From: Betaproteobacteria bacterium
Lineage (GTDB): Bacteria > Pseudomonadota > Gammaproteobacteria > Burkholderiales > SG8-39
Direction of reading: 5' to 3'
NCBI GenBank assembly: GCA_052386675.1
Contig: JBQTJX010000018.1
Location: 911 to 64,910, forward strand
Length of the DNA stretch: 64,000 nucleotides
Below the pieces are notes generated by a model, which was given only the letters and a program-made list of their open reading frames with translations, was not told where the DNA came from and did no database searches. The translations under genes were made by a program, and so were the position numbers. Of this stretch, positions 49,677 through 60,079 are shown one piece after another. Numbering within the stretch: the stretch's first letter is position 1; each line of letters begins with the position of its first letter.

Positions 49677-50705
49677 ATGCGCCTGCGGGCCGAACAGCTC
49701 GACGCCCAACTCCAGAAGTCGCTGGCACCGGCCTACCTGATCCAAGGCGACGAGCCCCTGCTCGCGCTGGAGGCGGCCGACGCCATCCGCGCCGCGGCCC
49801 GGAAGAAAGGCTTCGCCGAGCGCGAGGTGATGTTCGCCGAGAAGGGCTTCGACTGGGGCGCGCTGGTGCACGCCGGCGCCAGCCAGTCGCTGTTCGGCGA
49901 CCGCAAGCTGGTCGAGTTGCGCCTCGCCACGGGCCGCGTGCCTGCCGCCGGTGCGCAGGCGATCGAGGCCTGCCTGGCCAGGCCCAGTCCCGACATGCTG
50001 CTGATGATGAGCATGCCCAAGCCCGAGGGCGGCAACTGGTGGAAGGCGGGCTGGTTCACCGCTTTCGAATCGAAGGGCGCCGTCGTCGAGGCGCAGCCGC
50101 TCGCGCGCGCCGCGCTGCCGCAGTGGATCGCGGGCCGCCTCGCTCGCCAGCGCCAGAAGGTCCCGGCCGAGGCGCTCGCGTTCCTGGCCGAGCACGTCGA
50201 GGGCAACCTGCTCGCCGCGCAACAGGAGATCGCCAAGCTCTCTCTGCTCGCGCCCGAAGGCGAGATCGGCCTGGACGAGGTGCGCGCCGCGGTGTCCAAC
50301 GTCGCGCGCTACGATTTCGAGGCGCTCGCCGAGGCGCTGCACGGCGGCGACTTCCCGCAGTTCGCCCGCGCCCTCGCCGGGCTGCGCGGCGAGGGCGAGA
50401 GCATCGCCGGCATCGCCTGGCGCCTGGGCGAGGAGATGGCGGCGGTGGCGCGGGTGAAGGCTGGCGTCGCCCAGGGGCGCCGCCAGGAGCAGCTTTTCAT
50501 GGAGAACCGGATCTTCCGCGCCGCGCAGCCGCGCTGCGAGAAGGCGCTGCGCCGGCATTCGGTGGTGCGCCTGCGCGAAGCGGTGGTGCGGATGTCGCGC
50601 ATCGAGCGCGCAAGCAAGGGCGTTGCGCAGGGTAGCAACATGGCCGAGCCCTGGGATGAACTGCTGCGCCTGGGTTTAGAATTCGCCCATGGATCAGGGC
50701 GATAA
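49677..50705 (+). CDS. holA: DNA polymerase III delta subunit
   Basis: [29 protein letters not shown]..., 342 aa, in conserved synteny. Confidence 0.88.
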   Translation: MRLRAEQLDAQLQKSLAPAYLIQGDEPLLALEAADAIRAAARKKGFAEREVMFAEKGFDWGALVHAGASQSLFGDRKLVELRLATGRVPAAGAQAIEACLARPSPDMLLMMSMPKPEGGNWWKAGWFTAFESKGAVVEAQPLARAALPQWIAGRLARQRQKVPAEALAFLAEHVEGNLLAAQQEIAKLSLLAPEGEIGLDEVRAAVSNVARYDFEALAEALHGGDFPQFARALAGLRGEGESIAGIAWRLGEEMAAVARVKAGVAQGRRQEQLFMENRIFRAAQPRCEKALRRHSVVRLREAVVRMSRIERASKGVAQGSNMAEPWDELLRLGLEFAHGSGR

Positions 50706-51972
50706 GAGCGTCACGGCGGATGTCGCGAGCTACATGCGCGAACTGGGCCGGTCGGCCCGGGAAGCCGCGCGCGCGCTTGCCCGCGCCGACACCGCCGCCA
50801 AGGACCGGGCGCTCCGAGCCATGGCGGTGGAGATCCGCGCTCGCGCAGGCGAACTGCAGGAGGCGAACCGGGCGGACCTCGAGACCGCGCGCAGGAACGG
50901 GCAGGACGCGGCGTTCATCGACCGCCTGACGCTGAAGGACGCCACCATCGAGCAGATGGCCGAGGGCCTGGAGCAGATCGCGGCGCTCGAGGACCCGGTG
51001 GGCCGGATCACCGAGATGCGCCGCCGCCCGACCGGCATCGAGGTCGGCCGCATGCGGGTGCCCATCGGGGTCATCGGCATCATCTACGAATCGCGCCCGA
51101 ACGTGACCGCGGACGCGGCCGGCCTGTGCCTGAAGGCGGGCAACGCCTGCATCCTGCGCGGCGGCTCGGAGGCGCTGCATTCCAACCAGGCGATTGCCGC
51201 GTGCGTTCGCGCCGGACTGAAGGCCGCGGGCCTGCCCGAGGCCGCGGTGCAGGTGGTGGCCACCGCCGATCGCGCTGCCGTCGGTGCGCTGATCACGATG
51301 AACGAATACGTGGACATCATCGTGCCGCGCGGCGGCAAGGAACTGATCGAGCGCCTGGCGCGCGAATCGCGCATCCCGATGATCAAGCACCTGGACGGCG
51401 TCTGCCACGTCTACATCGACGATGCCGCCGACCCGGAGATGGCGGTGCGCATCGCCGACAACGCCAAGACGCAGCGCTACGGCACCTGCAACACCATGGA
51501 GACGCTGCTGGTGGCCGAGGCCATCGCGCCGAAGGTGCTGCCGCGCATCGCGGACATTTTCAGGGCCAAGGGCGTGGAGATGCGCGCCGACGAGGCGGCC
51601 CGGAAGCTCGCGCCGGATGCGAACACCGCCACCGAGGACGACTACTACACCGAATGGCTGGCGCCGGTGGTGTCGATCCGTGTCGTCAAGGGGCTGGACG
51701 AGGCCATGGCGCACATCGCCAGGTACGGCTCGCAGCACACCGACGCCATCGTCACCGCGGACAAGGGACGCGCCGATCGCTTCCTGCGCGAAGTGGATTC
51801 CAGCTCCGTGATGGTGAACGCCTCCACGCGATTCGCGGATGGCTTCGAGTACGGACTGGGCGCCGAGATCGGCATCTCGACCGACAAGCTGCACGCGCGC
51901 GGGCCGGTGGGGCTGGAGGGCCTGACCACGCAGAAGTACGTGGTGCTCGGGCACGGAGAAGTCCGTCAGTAG
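50689..51972 (+). CDS. proA: glutamate-5-semialdehyde dehydrogenase
   Basis: [13 protein letters not shown]..., [21 protein letters not shown]. Confidence 0.93.
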   Translation: MDQGDKSVTADVASYMRELGRSAREAARALARADTAAKDRALRAMAVEIRARAGELQEANRADLETARRNGQDAAFIDRLTLKDATIEQMAEGLEQIAALEDPVGRITEMRRRPTGIEVGRMRVPIGVIGIIYESRPNVTADAAGLCLKAGNACILRGGSEALHSNQAIAACVRAGLKAAGLPEAAVQVVATADRAAVGALITMNEYVDIIVPRGGKELIERLARESRIPMIKHLDGVCHVYIDDAADPEMAVRIADNAKTQRYGTCNTMETLLVAEAIAPKVLPRIADIFRAKGVEMRADEAARKLAPDANTATEDDYYTEWLAPVVSIRVVKGLDEAMAHIARYGSQHTDAIVTADKGRADRFLREVDSSSVMVNASTRFADGFEYGLGAEIGISTDKLHARGPVGLEGLTTQKYVVLGHGEVRQ

Positions 51973-52565
51973 TGGCCTCTACCACGACCGGCCCGGTCGC
52001 CGTCCTCGGCGGCACCTTTGACCCGGTCCACAATGCCCATCTCGTCATCGCGGCGCGAGCACTCGAGGCGCTCGGCGCCCGGCGCGTGCTGTGGATGCCG
52101 ACGGGCGCGCCCGGCTACCGAAACGCGCCGGTCGCCTCCGCGCCGCACCGCCTCGCGATGCTGCGGCTCGCGATCGCGGGCGAGCCGCGCTACGCCATCG
52201 ACGAGCGCGAGCTCGCGCCCGCGCATTCCGGCTACTCCTACGACACGCTCGCGGCGTTGCGCGCCGAACTCGGGCCTGGTGCGGGCCTGGTGATGCTCAT
52301 CGGCGGCGACCAGTACGCAAAACTCGCCGGCTGGCACCGCTGGAAGGAGCTGTTCGCGCTGTGTCGCTTCGGCGTCTTCGCGCGGCCGGGAGAGAACGCG
52401 CCGGCCATCGAAGTGCCCGCGGGCGCGGTGGTCCGGATCCCGATGGACCCGATGCCGGTCTCGGGAAGCGACATCCGCGCGCGCCTTGCGCGCGGCGAAA
52501 GCGTCGCCGGCATGGTGCCGGCGACGGTCCTGGAATACATCAAACTGCACAGGCTCTATCACTGA
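51972..52565 (+). CDS. nadD: nicotinate-nucleotide adenylyltransferase
   Basis: GTG start overlapping the proA stop. LGGTFDPVHNAHL (HxGH-type motif) and SGSDIR. Confidence 0.88.
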   Translation: MASTTTGPVAVLGGTFDPVHNAHLVIAARALEALGARRVLWMPTGAPGYRNAPVASAPHRLAMLRLAIAGEPRYAIDERELAPAHSGYSYDTLAALRAELGPGAGLVMLIGGDQYAKLAGWHRWKELFALCRFGVFARPGENAPAIEVPAGAVVRIPMDPMPVSGSDIRARLARGESVAGMVPATVLEYIKLHRLYH

Positions 52566-52578
52566 TGGAAAACCGTTG

Positions 52579-53031
52579 ATGGACATCCGCAAGAAGCAGC
52601 GCGCCGTGGTCGAGGCGCTCGAGGACGTGAAGGGCCGCGACATCGTCGTGTTCAACGTCGCGCAGCAGACCGCCGAGTTCGAGCGCGTGGTCATCGCCAG
52701 CGGCGATTCCAACCGGCAGGTGAACGCGCTCGCCAACAGCGTGCAGGAAAAGTTGAAGGCGCTGGGCGCGAAGGTGAAGAGCGTCGAGGGCCGGCGCAAT
52801 GGCGAATGGGCGCTGGTGGACCTCGGCGACATCGTGGTGCACGTCATGCATCCGGCGGTGCGCAGCCACTACAACCTCGAGGAACTCTGGGGCGGGAAGG
52901 AAGTGAAGCTGAAGAAGGACGCGCCCGCGCGCAAGCCCCGGGCAAAGCCCGCGCCGAAGGCGCGCCGCAAGCCCGCGCGCGCGAAGGCACCCATCCGTGC
53001 CAAGGCTGCACCTCGCCGCCGTCGCAAATAG
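52579..53031 (+). CDS. rsfS: ribosome silencing factor RsfS with a long Lys/Arg/Pro/Ala-rich C-terminal tail
   Basis: ALEDVKGRDIVVFNV...WALVDLGDIVVHVM...YNLEELW core, then KKDAPARKPRAKPAPKARRKPARAKAPIRAKAAPRRRRK. Confidence 0.85.
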   Translation: MDIRKKQRAVVEALEDVKGRDIVVFNVAQQTAEFERVVIASGDSNRQVNALANSVQEKLKALGAKVKSVEGRRNGEWALVDLGDIVVHVMHPAVRSHYNLEELWGGKEVKLKKDAPARKPRAKPAPKARRKPARAKAPIRAKAAPRRRRK

Positions 53032-53410
53032 GCTTCCGCGCTGGGCGGAAGCGGCGCGCGACGAGTATCTGTCGCGCATGCCACGCGGCTACGAAGTCAC
53101 GGTGATCCAGGTAAGACCTTCCGCGGCGGCGCGGCTGCGCGACCGGCTGCCCGCGGGCGCGCGCATCGTGGCCATGGACGAACGCGGCCGGGACCTCGCC
53201 ACGCCGCAGTTCGCGAAGCTGCTTGCCGAGCCCACGGTGTTCGTCATCGGCGCCGCCGATGGCCTGGACCCGGAGATCAGGAAGCGCGCGGCGATGCTCA
53301 TCAAGCTGTCCTCGCTCACCCTGCCGCACGCGCTCGCGCAGGTGATGCTGTGCGAGCAGTTGTACCGCGCCGCGACGCTGCTGACCGGGCACCCGTACCA
53401 CCGCGAATGA
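52997..53410 (+). CDS. rlmH: 23S rRNA (pseudouridine1915-N3)-methyltransferase
   Basis: GTG start. RLHLAAVANRLPRWAEAARDEYLSRMP aligns with E. coli KLQLVAVGTKMPDW..TEYLRRFP, and it ends GHPYHRE. It overlaps the rsfS tail by 35 nt. Confidence 0.85.
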   Translation: MPRLHLAAVANRLPRWAEAARDEYLSRMPRGYEVTVIQVRPSAAARLRDRLPAGARIVAMDERGRDLATPQFAKLLAEPTVFVIGAADGLDPEIRKRAAMLIKLSSLTLPHALAQVMLCEQLYRAATLLTGHPYHRE

Positions 53411-53440
53411 CGCCGCGGCGCCGAGGCGCCGCGGCGGCTT
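53411..53440 (+). terminator. GC-rich hairpin (11-bp perfect stem, 4-nt loop) followed by a short T-run
   Basis: CGCCGCGGCGC-CGAG-GCGCCGCGGCG, then GCTTTGC, immediately after the rlmH stop. Confidence 0.35.
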
Positions 53441-53459
53441 TGCTACACTCGCCGGCGAC

Positions 53460-54098
53460 ATGACGAGGCCTGCCGAGCGCTCCATCTATCTCGCATCGCG
53501 AAGCCCGCGCCGGCGCGACCTGCTGACGCAGATCGGCGTGCGTTTCCACCTGCTGCTGTTCCGCGCCGATCCGGAGCCGGATCCCGACCTGGACGAGACC
53601 GTGCTCCGCGGCGAGACGCCCGCGGTGTACGTGACGCGCGTGGCGCGCGCCAAGGCCGAGGCCGGCTGGGCGCGCCTGGTGACGCGCAACCTGCCGCGCG
53701 CGCCGGTGCTTTCCGCCGACACCACGGTCGCGCTGCAGGGCCGCATCCTCGGCAAGCCCGCGGACCGCAAAGAGGCCGCCGAGATGCTGGCGGCGCTGTC
53801 GGGCAAGCGCCACGAGGTGCTCACCGCGGTGGCGCTGAAGTACGACACGCACCTCGAGGTCGCGCTGTCGGAATCCGAGGTGCAGTTCTGCGAACTGCGC
53901 GAGGCGGACATCCGCGAGTATCTCGCCACCGGCGAGGCCGACGACAAGGCCGGCGCCTACGCCATCCAGGGCTGCGCGGCGCGCTACGTCACCGGGATCC
54001 GCGGCAGCCATTCCGGGATCGTCGGCCTGCCGCTGTACGAAACCGCGCAGTTGATCGAGCGGCTGTCCGGACACCGTGAACGAAGAAATACTCGTTAA
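53460..54098 (+). CDS. maf: Maf-family nucleoside triphosphate pyrophosphatase
   Basis: IYLASRSPRRRDLL..., SADTTV, DKAGAYAIQG. Confidence 0.9.
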   Translation: MTRPAERSIYLASRSPRRRDLLTQIGVRFHLLLFRADPEPDPDLDETVLRGETPAVYVTRVARAKAEAGWARLVTRNLPRAPVLSADTTVALQGRILGKPADRKEAAEMLAALSGKRHEVLTAVALKYDTHLEVALSESEVQFCELREADIREYLATGEADDKAGAYAIQGCAARYVTGIRGSHSGIVGLPLYETAQLIERLSGHRERRNTR

Positions 54099-55551
54099 CG
54101 TCACCCCGCAGGAAACGCGGGTGGCGGTGCTGGGCTCCGGGCAGGTGCAGGAGCTGGTGGTCGAGCGCGCCGCGAGCCGCGGCCTGGTGGGCAACATCTA
54201 CATGGGCAAGGTGGCGCGGGTGCTGCCCGGGATGCAGTCCGCGTTCGTCGAGATCGGGCTAGAGCGCGCGGCCTTCCTGCATGTGGCCGACCTGTTCGAG
54301 CACCGCCGCCAGGCGCAGGAGCGCGCCGCGGGCGGACCCGCGCCCAGGCCGATCGAGAAGATGCTGGCCGAGGGCCAGCCGCTGCTGGTGCAGGTGGTGA
54401 AGGATCCCATCGGCAGCAAGGGCGCGCGCCTGTCCACGCAGGTTTCGCTCGCCGGGCGGATGCTGGTGCATCTGCCGCAGGACGGCCACATCGGCATCTC
54501 GCAGCGCATCGAGGACGAGGCCGGACGCCAGCAGTTGCGCGACCGGCTGAGGGAACTGCTGCCGGCGGAGGAGAAGGGCGGCTTCATCCTGCGCACGCTC
54601 GCCGAAGGCGCGAGCGACGAGGACCTGCGCGGCGACATCGCCTACCTGCGCAGCCTCTGGCGCGACATCCGGTCGCGTTCGCTGGGTGCGGCGCCGCCCG
54701 CGCTGCTCTACCAGGACCTGTCGCTGGCGCAGCGCGTGCTGCGCGACATGGCCACCGGCGGGGTCACGGTGGTGCGCGTGGATTCGCGCGAGAACTTCCA
54801 GAAGCTGTCCGCCTTTGCCGAGGCCTACATGCCGGCGCTGCGCGCCAGGCTGGAGCACTACACCGGCGAGCGGCCGCTGTTCGAGCTCTACAACGTCGAG
54901 CCGGAGATCGAGAAGGCCCTGTCGCGGCGCGTCGACCTAAAGTCGGGCGGAACGCTGGTCATCGACCAGACCGAGGCGATGACCACGATCGACGTCAACA
55001 CCGGCGGCTTCGTCGGCAACCGCACCTTTGACGACACCGTGTTCAAGACCAACCTGGAAGCGGCGCAGTCGATCGCGCGCCAGCTTCGCCTGCGCAACCT
55101 GGGGGGCATCATCATCGTCGATTTCATCGACATGGAGTCGATGGATCACCGCGCCTCGGTGCTGGAGGAATTCAAGCGGGCGCTGGCCCGCGACCGCACC
55201 CGGATGACGGTAAGCGGCTTCACCGCGCTCGGGCTGGTGGAGATGACCCGCAAGCGCACGCGCGAATCGCTCGCCCATGTGCTGTGCGAGCCCTGCCCGG
55301 TGTGCGACGGGCGCGGCGAGGTGAAGACCGCGCGCACGGTGTGCTACGAGATCCTGCGCGAGGTGCTGCGCGAGGCGCGCGCCTTCCCCGCCAAGGAACT
55401 GCGCGTGCTCGCCTCGCAGCAGGTCTGCGACCTGTTCCTGGAGGAGGAATCCGGGGCGCTCGCCATGCTGACCGACTTCATCGGCCGGCCGGTTTCCATG
55501 CAGGTGGAAACCTCCTACACCCAGGAGCAGTACGACATCGTGCTGATGTAG
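54076..55551 (+). CDS. rng: ribonuclease G
   Basis: GTG start. (M)NEEILVNVTPQETRVAV..., S1 domain GNIYMGKVARVLPGMQSAFVEIG, IIVDFIDM. Confidence 0.93.
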   Translation: MNEEILVNVTPQETRVAVLGSGQVQELVVERAASRGLVGNIYMGKVARVLPGMQSAFVEIGLERAAFLHVADLFEHRRQAQERAAGGPAPRPIEKMLAEGQPLLVQVVKDPIGSKGARLSTQVSLAGRMLVHLPQDGHIGISQRIEDEAGRQQLRDRLRELLPAEEKGGFILRTLAEGASDEDLRGDIAYLRSLWRDIRSRSLGAAPPALLYQDLSLAQRVLRDMATGGVTVVRVDSRENFQKLSAFAEAYMPALRARLEHYTGERPLFELYNVEPEIEKALSRRVDLKSGGTLVIDQTEAMTTIDVNTGGFVGNRTFDDTVFKTNLEAAQSIARQLRLRNLGGIIIVDFIDMESMDHRASVLEEFKRALARDRTRMTVSGFTALGLVEMTRKRTRESLAHVLCEPCPVCDGRGEVKTARTVCYEILREVLREARAFPAKELRVLASQQVCDLFLEEESGALAMLTDFIGRPVSMQVETSYTQEQYDIVLM

Positions 55552-55566
55552 CGCCGCGCGCGGCGC
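55551..55566. terminator. 16-bp perfect GC palindrome between convergent rng and the metE-like gene
   Basis: GCGCCGCGCGCGGCGC starts right after the rng stop. There is no clear T-run, so terminator function is uncertain. Confidence 0.25.
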
Positions 55567-55574
55567 GCGGCGGG

Positions 55575-56717
55575 TCAGCGCCAGAGCCGTTCGCTCGCGA
55601 TCGCGGCGCCCTCGGCGAGCGCGCGCAGTTTCTTCCAGGCGATGGCCCCGTCCACCCTGGCATAGCCAGCGAAAGTGCCAAAGCCGCAATCGCTGCCGGC
55701 AAGGACACGCTCGCGGCCGACGATGCCGGCGTAGCGCTCGATCCGCTGCGCCACCAGCTCCGGATGCTCGACGTAGTTCGAGCAGGAGTCCAGCACGCCC
55801 GGGATCAGGACCCGGTCCTCCGGCAGGCGGGCGTCGCGCCACACCGTCCATTCGTGCTCGTGGCGCGGGTTGGCGCCTTCGAAGGAAATGCCCTGCGCGC
55901 GGATGCCCAGCACCACCGGCAGCACGCGCTCGAGCGCGATGTCGTGGTCGTGAGGGCCCTCGTAGTTTCCCCAGCACAGGTGGATGCGAATGCGGTCCTC
56001 GGGCAGGCCGCGCAGCGCGTGGTTGAGCGCCTCTGCGTGCAGCCCCGCGCGCGCGACGAAGGCCTCTTCGCTGAGTTCCTGGAATCCGGTGTGGCGCCCC
56101 ATCGCCAGGTCCGGACAGTCCACCTGCAGGATGAAGCCGGCAGCGACGATCGCCTCGTACTCGATGCGCAGGGCCCCGGCCAGCGCCTCGATGTAGGCCT
56201 CGTGGCTGGGGTAGTAGGCGTTGGGCATGAAGAGGGCCACCACACCCGGCGAGGCGGCGTTGAGAAAGCCCTCGGCGACCGGCGTCGTCGCCAGCGCGGC
56301 GCGGAAGTTGGCGATGTCCTGCTCCAGGAGGCTGCGGTCGCGCAGTTCGACCGGCGCCACGCACTTCATGCGCTTCTCGTGGCGCGGCCCGAGGAAGGCT
56401 TTCATGCGCTCGCGGAATTCCGGGTGGTCCCGCATGTCGAGGTGCGTGCGCGGGACATGCTCGCCGCCGTAGCCCGAGTAGCGGTCCTTGATGTAGGTGG
56501 AGTAGCTGATTTTGCTGGTCTCGCCGTCGCTGACGATGTCGATGCCGGTCCCGGCCTGGCGCTGCACGACCTCGGCCACGCCCTCGCGCATGGTCCGCTC
56601 GAATTCGGCGCCGGCGCCCCCGCCGCGCTCCTTGCGGACCAGGCTATCGACCACGGCCGGCGTCCGCGGCAGGCTGCCGACGTGGGTGACGAGGATGCGG
56701 TCCTGGCTGCGCTGCAT
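55575..56717 (-). CDS. cobalamin-independent methionine synthase II (MetE C-terminal domain-like) family protein
   Basis: ILVTHVGSLPR..., GIDIVSDGE, HLCWGNYEGPH, GSDCGFG. Confidence 0.8.
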   Translation of the reverse strand: MQRSQDRILVTHVGSLPRTPAVVDSLVRKERGGGAGAEFERTMREGVAEVVQRQAGTGIDIVSDGETSKISYSTYIKDRYSGYGGEHVPRTHLDMRDHPEFRERMKAFLGPRHEKRMKCVAPVELRDRSLLEQDIANFRAALATTPVAEGFLNAASPGVVALFMPNAYYPSHEAYIEALAGALRIEYEAIVAAGFILQVDCPDLAMGRHTGFQELSEEAFVARAGLHAEALNHALRGLPEDRIRIHLCWGNYEGPHDHDIALERVLPVVLGIRAQGISFEGANPRHEHEWTVWRDARLPEDRVLIPGVLDSCSNYVEHPELVAQRIERYAGIVGRERVLAGSDCGFGTFAGYARVDGAIAWKKLRALAEGAAIASERLWR

Positions 56718-56752
56718 GGTTCGCGCATGGTACCTCGGGATAAACTCGCGCC

Positions 56753-58177
56753 ATGGACATCCCTTTCTTCCCGGCGCGCAAGCTCGCCGCCCTGATCCGC
56801 ACCCGCAAACTCTCCGCCACCGAGGTGATGCGCGCCTTCATCGCCCAGGTCGAGCGCCTCAATCCGAAGGTGAATGCGATCGTCACCTTCCTGCCCGAGC
56901 AGGCGCTCGAGGAGGCGAAGAAGCTCGACCGGAAGCGCGGAAAGAAAGAGGGGGTGGCTTTTCCTCCTTTCATGGGCCTGCCCATCGCCTACAAGGACAA
57001 TGTCCCCACCAAGGGCATCCGCACCACATCGGGGTCGCCTGTCTACCGGGAAAACGTGCCCAGGGAAAACCACGTCCTCGTCGACCGGCTGACGGCCGCC
57101 GGCGCGATCACGCTGGGAAAGACCAACCTGCCGGAGTTTGCCGCCGGGAGCCACACCTACAACGCGGTGTTCGGCGCCACGCTGAATCCCTACGACCTCA
57201 CGAAGAGCGCGGGCGGCTCCTCGGGCGGCGCCGCCGCTGCCGTGGCCTGCGGGATGCTGCCCTTCGCCGATGGCGGCGACCTCGCCGCGTCGCTGCGCAA
57301 CCCTGGCAACTACTGCAACGTGGTCGGCTTCCGCCCGTCGCCGGGACGCGTTCCCCACTGGCCGGCGCCGAACAGCTGGAGCTCGCTCGCCACGCTGGGG
57401 CCGATTGCGCGCACGGTGTCCGATGCCGCGTTCCTGCTCTCGGCGATGGCTGGCCCCGACCTGCGCGCCCCGACTTCGATCAGCGAGCCGGGCGCGCGGT
57501 TCAACCGCCCGCTGAAACGTGATTTCCGCAAAGTGCGCGTCGCCTGGAGCCGCGACATGGGCGGCCTGCCGATGGATCCACGCGTCACGGCGGTGCTGGA
57601 GAAGCAGAAGGCGGTGTTCAAGTCCCTGGGCTGCATCGTCGAGGAAGCCTGCCCGGACTTCACCGGCGCCACCGAGGCCTTCGAGACCCTGCGCGGCGTT
57701 TCATTCGTCCAAAGCTATGGCGCGCTGGTGAAGTCGCGCCGCGCCGACGTGAAGGACACCGTGATCTGGAACGTCGAGCAGGGCTGGAAGCTGACGCCCG
57801 AGCAGATCGCGCGCGCCGAGAGCCTCAGGAGCGCGCTGTACCACCGCATGCGTGTGTTCCTGGAAACCTACGAGTTCTTCCTCTGCCCGGTGAACCAGCT
57901 GCCGCCCTTCGCCACCGAGCTGGACTACCCGCTGGAGATTGCGGGAACGAGGATGACGAACTACCTCGACTGGATGAAGAGCTGCTACTTCATCACCATC
58001 ACCAGCCATCCGGCGATCTCCGTGCCCGCCGGCTTCACCGCCGACGCGGCGCCGCTGCCGGTAGGCCTGCAGATCGTCGGACGCTACCGCGACGATTTCG
58101 GCGTGCTGCAACTCGCGCACGCCTTCGAGCAGGAGACCGGGGCATGGCGGCAACGCCCGCCCATCGCGACCGCCTAG
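56753..58177 (+). CDS. amidase (amidase-signature family)
   Basis: KDNVPTKGIRTTSGS and GGSSGGAAAAVA are amidase-signature motifs. Confidence 0.85.
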   Translation: MDIPFFPARKLAALIRTRKLSATEVMRAFIAQVERLNPKVNAIVTFLPEQALEEAKKLDRKRGKKEGVAFPPFMGLPIAYKDNVPTKGIRTTSGSPVYRENVPRENHVLVDRLTAAGAITLGKTNLPEFAAGSHTYNAVFGATLNPYDLTKSAGGSSGGAAAAVACGMLPFADGGDLAASLRNPGNYCNVVGFRPSPGRVPHWPAPNSWSSLATLGPIARTVSDAAFLLSAMAGPDLRAPTSISEPGARFNRPLKRDFRKVRVAWSRDMGGLPMDPRVTAVLEKQKAVFKSLGCIVEEACPDFTGATEAFETLRGVSFVQSYGALVKSRRADVKDTVIWNVEQGWKLTPEQIARAESLRSALYHRMRVFLETYEFFLCPVNQLPPFATELDYPLEIAGTRMTNYLDWMKSCYFITITSHPAISVPAGFTADAAPLPVGLQIVGRYRDDFGVLQLAHAFEQETGAWRQRPPIATA

Positions 58178-59418
58178 GCCTCCCGCTCACCGCCGCCAGC
58201 GGCGAGGCGGCGCGCGCCTTCGACGACACGGTCTGGGCTTACGTCGGCTTCTCGCGCGAGCCGGGCGTGCCGCTCAAGCGCGCGCTGCAGGCCGATCCCG
58301 GGATGCCGATGGCGAACATCCTGCAGGGGTACTTCATGCACCTCATGGGCCAGCCGCACCTGCTGCCTGCGGCGCGCGCGGCGCACGCGACCGTGGCGAA
58401 GTCCGCGATGACGTCGAGGGAAAGTGCGCACCTTGCCGCGCTGGGCGCCTGGTGCGAGGGCGAACTGGAGCACGCCGCGGCGTTGCTGGATGCCATTGTC
58501 GCCGCGCACCCGCATGACTACCTCGCGCTCAAGCTCGCCAACTACCTTTACTTCTACCTCGGCGACGCGACGAACGTGCGCGACGGGCCGGCGCGCGCAC
58601 TCCCACACTGGGACGAAGGCATGCCGGGCTACAGCCACCTGCTCGCGCTGCACGCCTTCGGGCTGGAGGAGTCCGGCGACTACGCCGCGGCCGAGCGCCA
58701 GGGGCGCCGCGCCACCGAACTCAACCCCGCCGATCCCTGGGCGGTGCACGCAGTGGCGCATGTGATGGAGATGCAGGACCGTGCCGCTGAAGGCGTCGCC
58801 TGGATCGAGGCCCTGGCGCCGCACTGGGACACGGTGAACTTCTTCCGCTTTCACCTGTGGTGGCACCTCGCGCTGATGCACTGGGACGAGGGCCGGGTGG
58901 ACGAGGCCCTGCGCCTCTACGACGAGCGTGTGTGGGCGGACGGCTCCAGCGAGAACCTGTCCCTGTGCAACGACATCTCCATGCTGGCGCGCCTGGAAAT
59001 GGCTGGCGCGGACGTGGGCGCGCGCTGGGACGCCGCCGCGGAGGTTGTTCGCGAACGATCGGGCGGATCGGTGCTCGCGTTCGTCGACGCGCACTACGCG
59101 CTTGCCACCGGCGAAATTCCGACGGGCGAGGCGCGTGGCAGCACGGCGCGAGTCAACGATGCGATCGGTCGCGCGCTGTGCGAGGCGATGGTGGCCCGGC
59201 GCGCGAAAGACTCGGCGGCCGTCGTGCGCAAGCTGGAAACCGCGTTTCCGCATCTCTGGCGCATCGGCGGCAGCCATGCGCAACGCGACCTGTTCACGCT
59301 GCTGCTCGCGGACGCCGCGCGGCGCTCGGGGAACGAATCGCTCGCGCGCGGCCTGCTTGCCGCGCGCACTCGCGCGATCCCGCCCTACTTCGCCTTCGGC
59401 ACCCGCCCCATCAGGTAG
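58144..59418 (+). CDS. tetratricopeptide repeat protein (TTC38-like family)
   Basis: 424 aa, helical-repeat composition. ...ANILQGYFMHLMG..., NPADPWAVHAVAHVMEMQ. Confidence 0.65.
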   Translation: MAATPAHRDRLGLPLTAASGEAARAFDDTVWAYVGFSREPGVPLKRALQADPGMPMANILQGYFMHLMGQPHLLPAARAAHATVAKSAMTSRESAHLAALGAWCEGELEHAAALLDAIVAAHPHDYLALKLANYLYFYLGDATNVRDGPARALPHWDEGMPGYSHLLALHAFGLEESGDYAAAERQGRRATELNPADPWAVHAVAHVMEMQDRAAEGVAWIEALAPHWDTVNFFRFHLWWHLALMHWDEGRVDEALRLYDERVWADGSSENLSLCNDISMLARLEMAGADVGARWDAAAEVVRERSGGSVLAFVDAHYALATGEIPTGEARGSTARVNDAIGRALCEAMVARRAKDSAAVVRKLETAFPHLWRIGGSHAQRDLFTLLLADAARRSGNESLARGLLAARTRAIPPYFAFGTRPIR

Positions 59419-59981
59419 AACTCGTCGTTCGGGCGCATGCTCGCGGCGTTGGCGAGCCGGTTGGACAGGGCGAAGAACGCGGCGATGGAGGCGATGTCCC
59501 AGGCGTCGTCGGGCGTGAAGCCTTGCGCCTGGAGGACGCGCAGGGAATCCTCGTCGACGGTGTGGGATTCGAGCGCCACCCGCATCGCGAAATCGAGCAT
59601 CGCGCGCCACCGCGGCGTGAGGTCCGCCTTGCGGTAGTTGATGGCCACCTGGTCGGCGATGAGCGGGTCCCTGGCCCAGATGCGCAGGATGGCGCCATGC
59701 GCCACCACGCAGTACTGGCACTGGTTGGCGCCGGAGGTGGCGACCACGATCATTTCCCGCTCTGCACGGGTGAGCGTGATGCCGGGCCCGGGATCCTTTT
59801 CCATCAGGGCATCGTGATAGGCGACGAACGCCCGCCATTCGGCCGGGCGGTGCGCCAGCGCGAGGAAAACGTTTGGGACGAAGCCAGCCTTCTGCTGCAC
59901 CGCTTCGATGCGCTCGCGGATGTCCGCCGGCAGGTCCTTCAGTTCCGGAACAGGGAAACGGCTGACGGCTTTTGCGCTCAT
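59385..59981 (-). CDS. carboxymuconolactone decarboxylase / AhpD-like peroxidase-related protein
   Basis: ATSGANQCQYCVVAHG is the CxxC AhpD-like motif. 198 aa. Confidence 0.8.
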   Translation of the reverse strand: MSAKAVSRFPVPELKDLPADIRERIEAVQQKAGFVPNVFLALAHRPAEWRAFVAYHDALMEKDPGPGITLTRAEREMIVVATSGANQCQYCVVAHGAILRIWARDPLIADQVAINYRKADLTPRWRAMLDFAMRVALESHTVDEDSLRVLQAQGFTPDDAWDIASIAAFFALSNRLANAASMRPNDEFYLMGRVPKAK

Positions 59982-60079
59982 AATTTTTGGTGGCCCCGGC
60001 GGAATCCGCGGAATATTTGCCCGCGAATTGCGTATTCTAACGAGCGCTCGAACAACCCCAGAGAACCCCAGAGGAGACC

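Noticed and set aside
56718-56752. Cobalamin or SAM riboswitch upstream of the MetE-like gene
   Set aside because: The divergent intergenic region is only 35 nt and cannot hold such an element.
40563-59418. Three gene overlaps of exactly 34 nt (40563..40596, 58144..58177, 59385..59418)
   Set aside because: They involve different geometries (two convergent, one tandem) and share no sequence. This is most likely coincidence in a stop-codon-poor genome.
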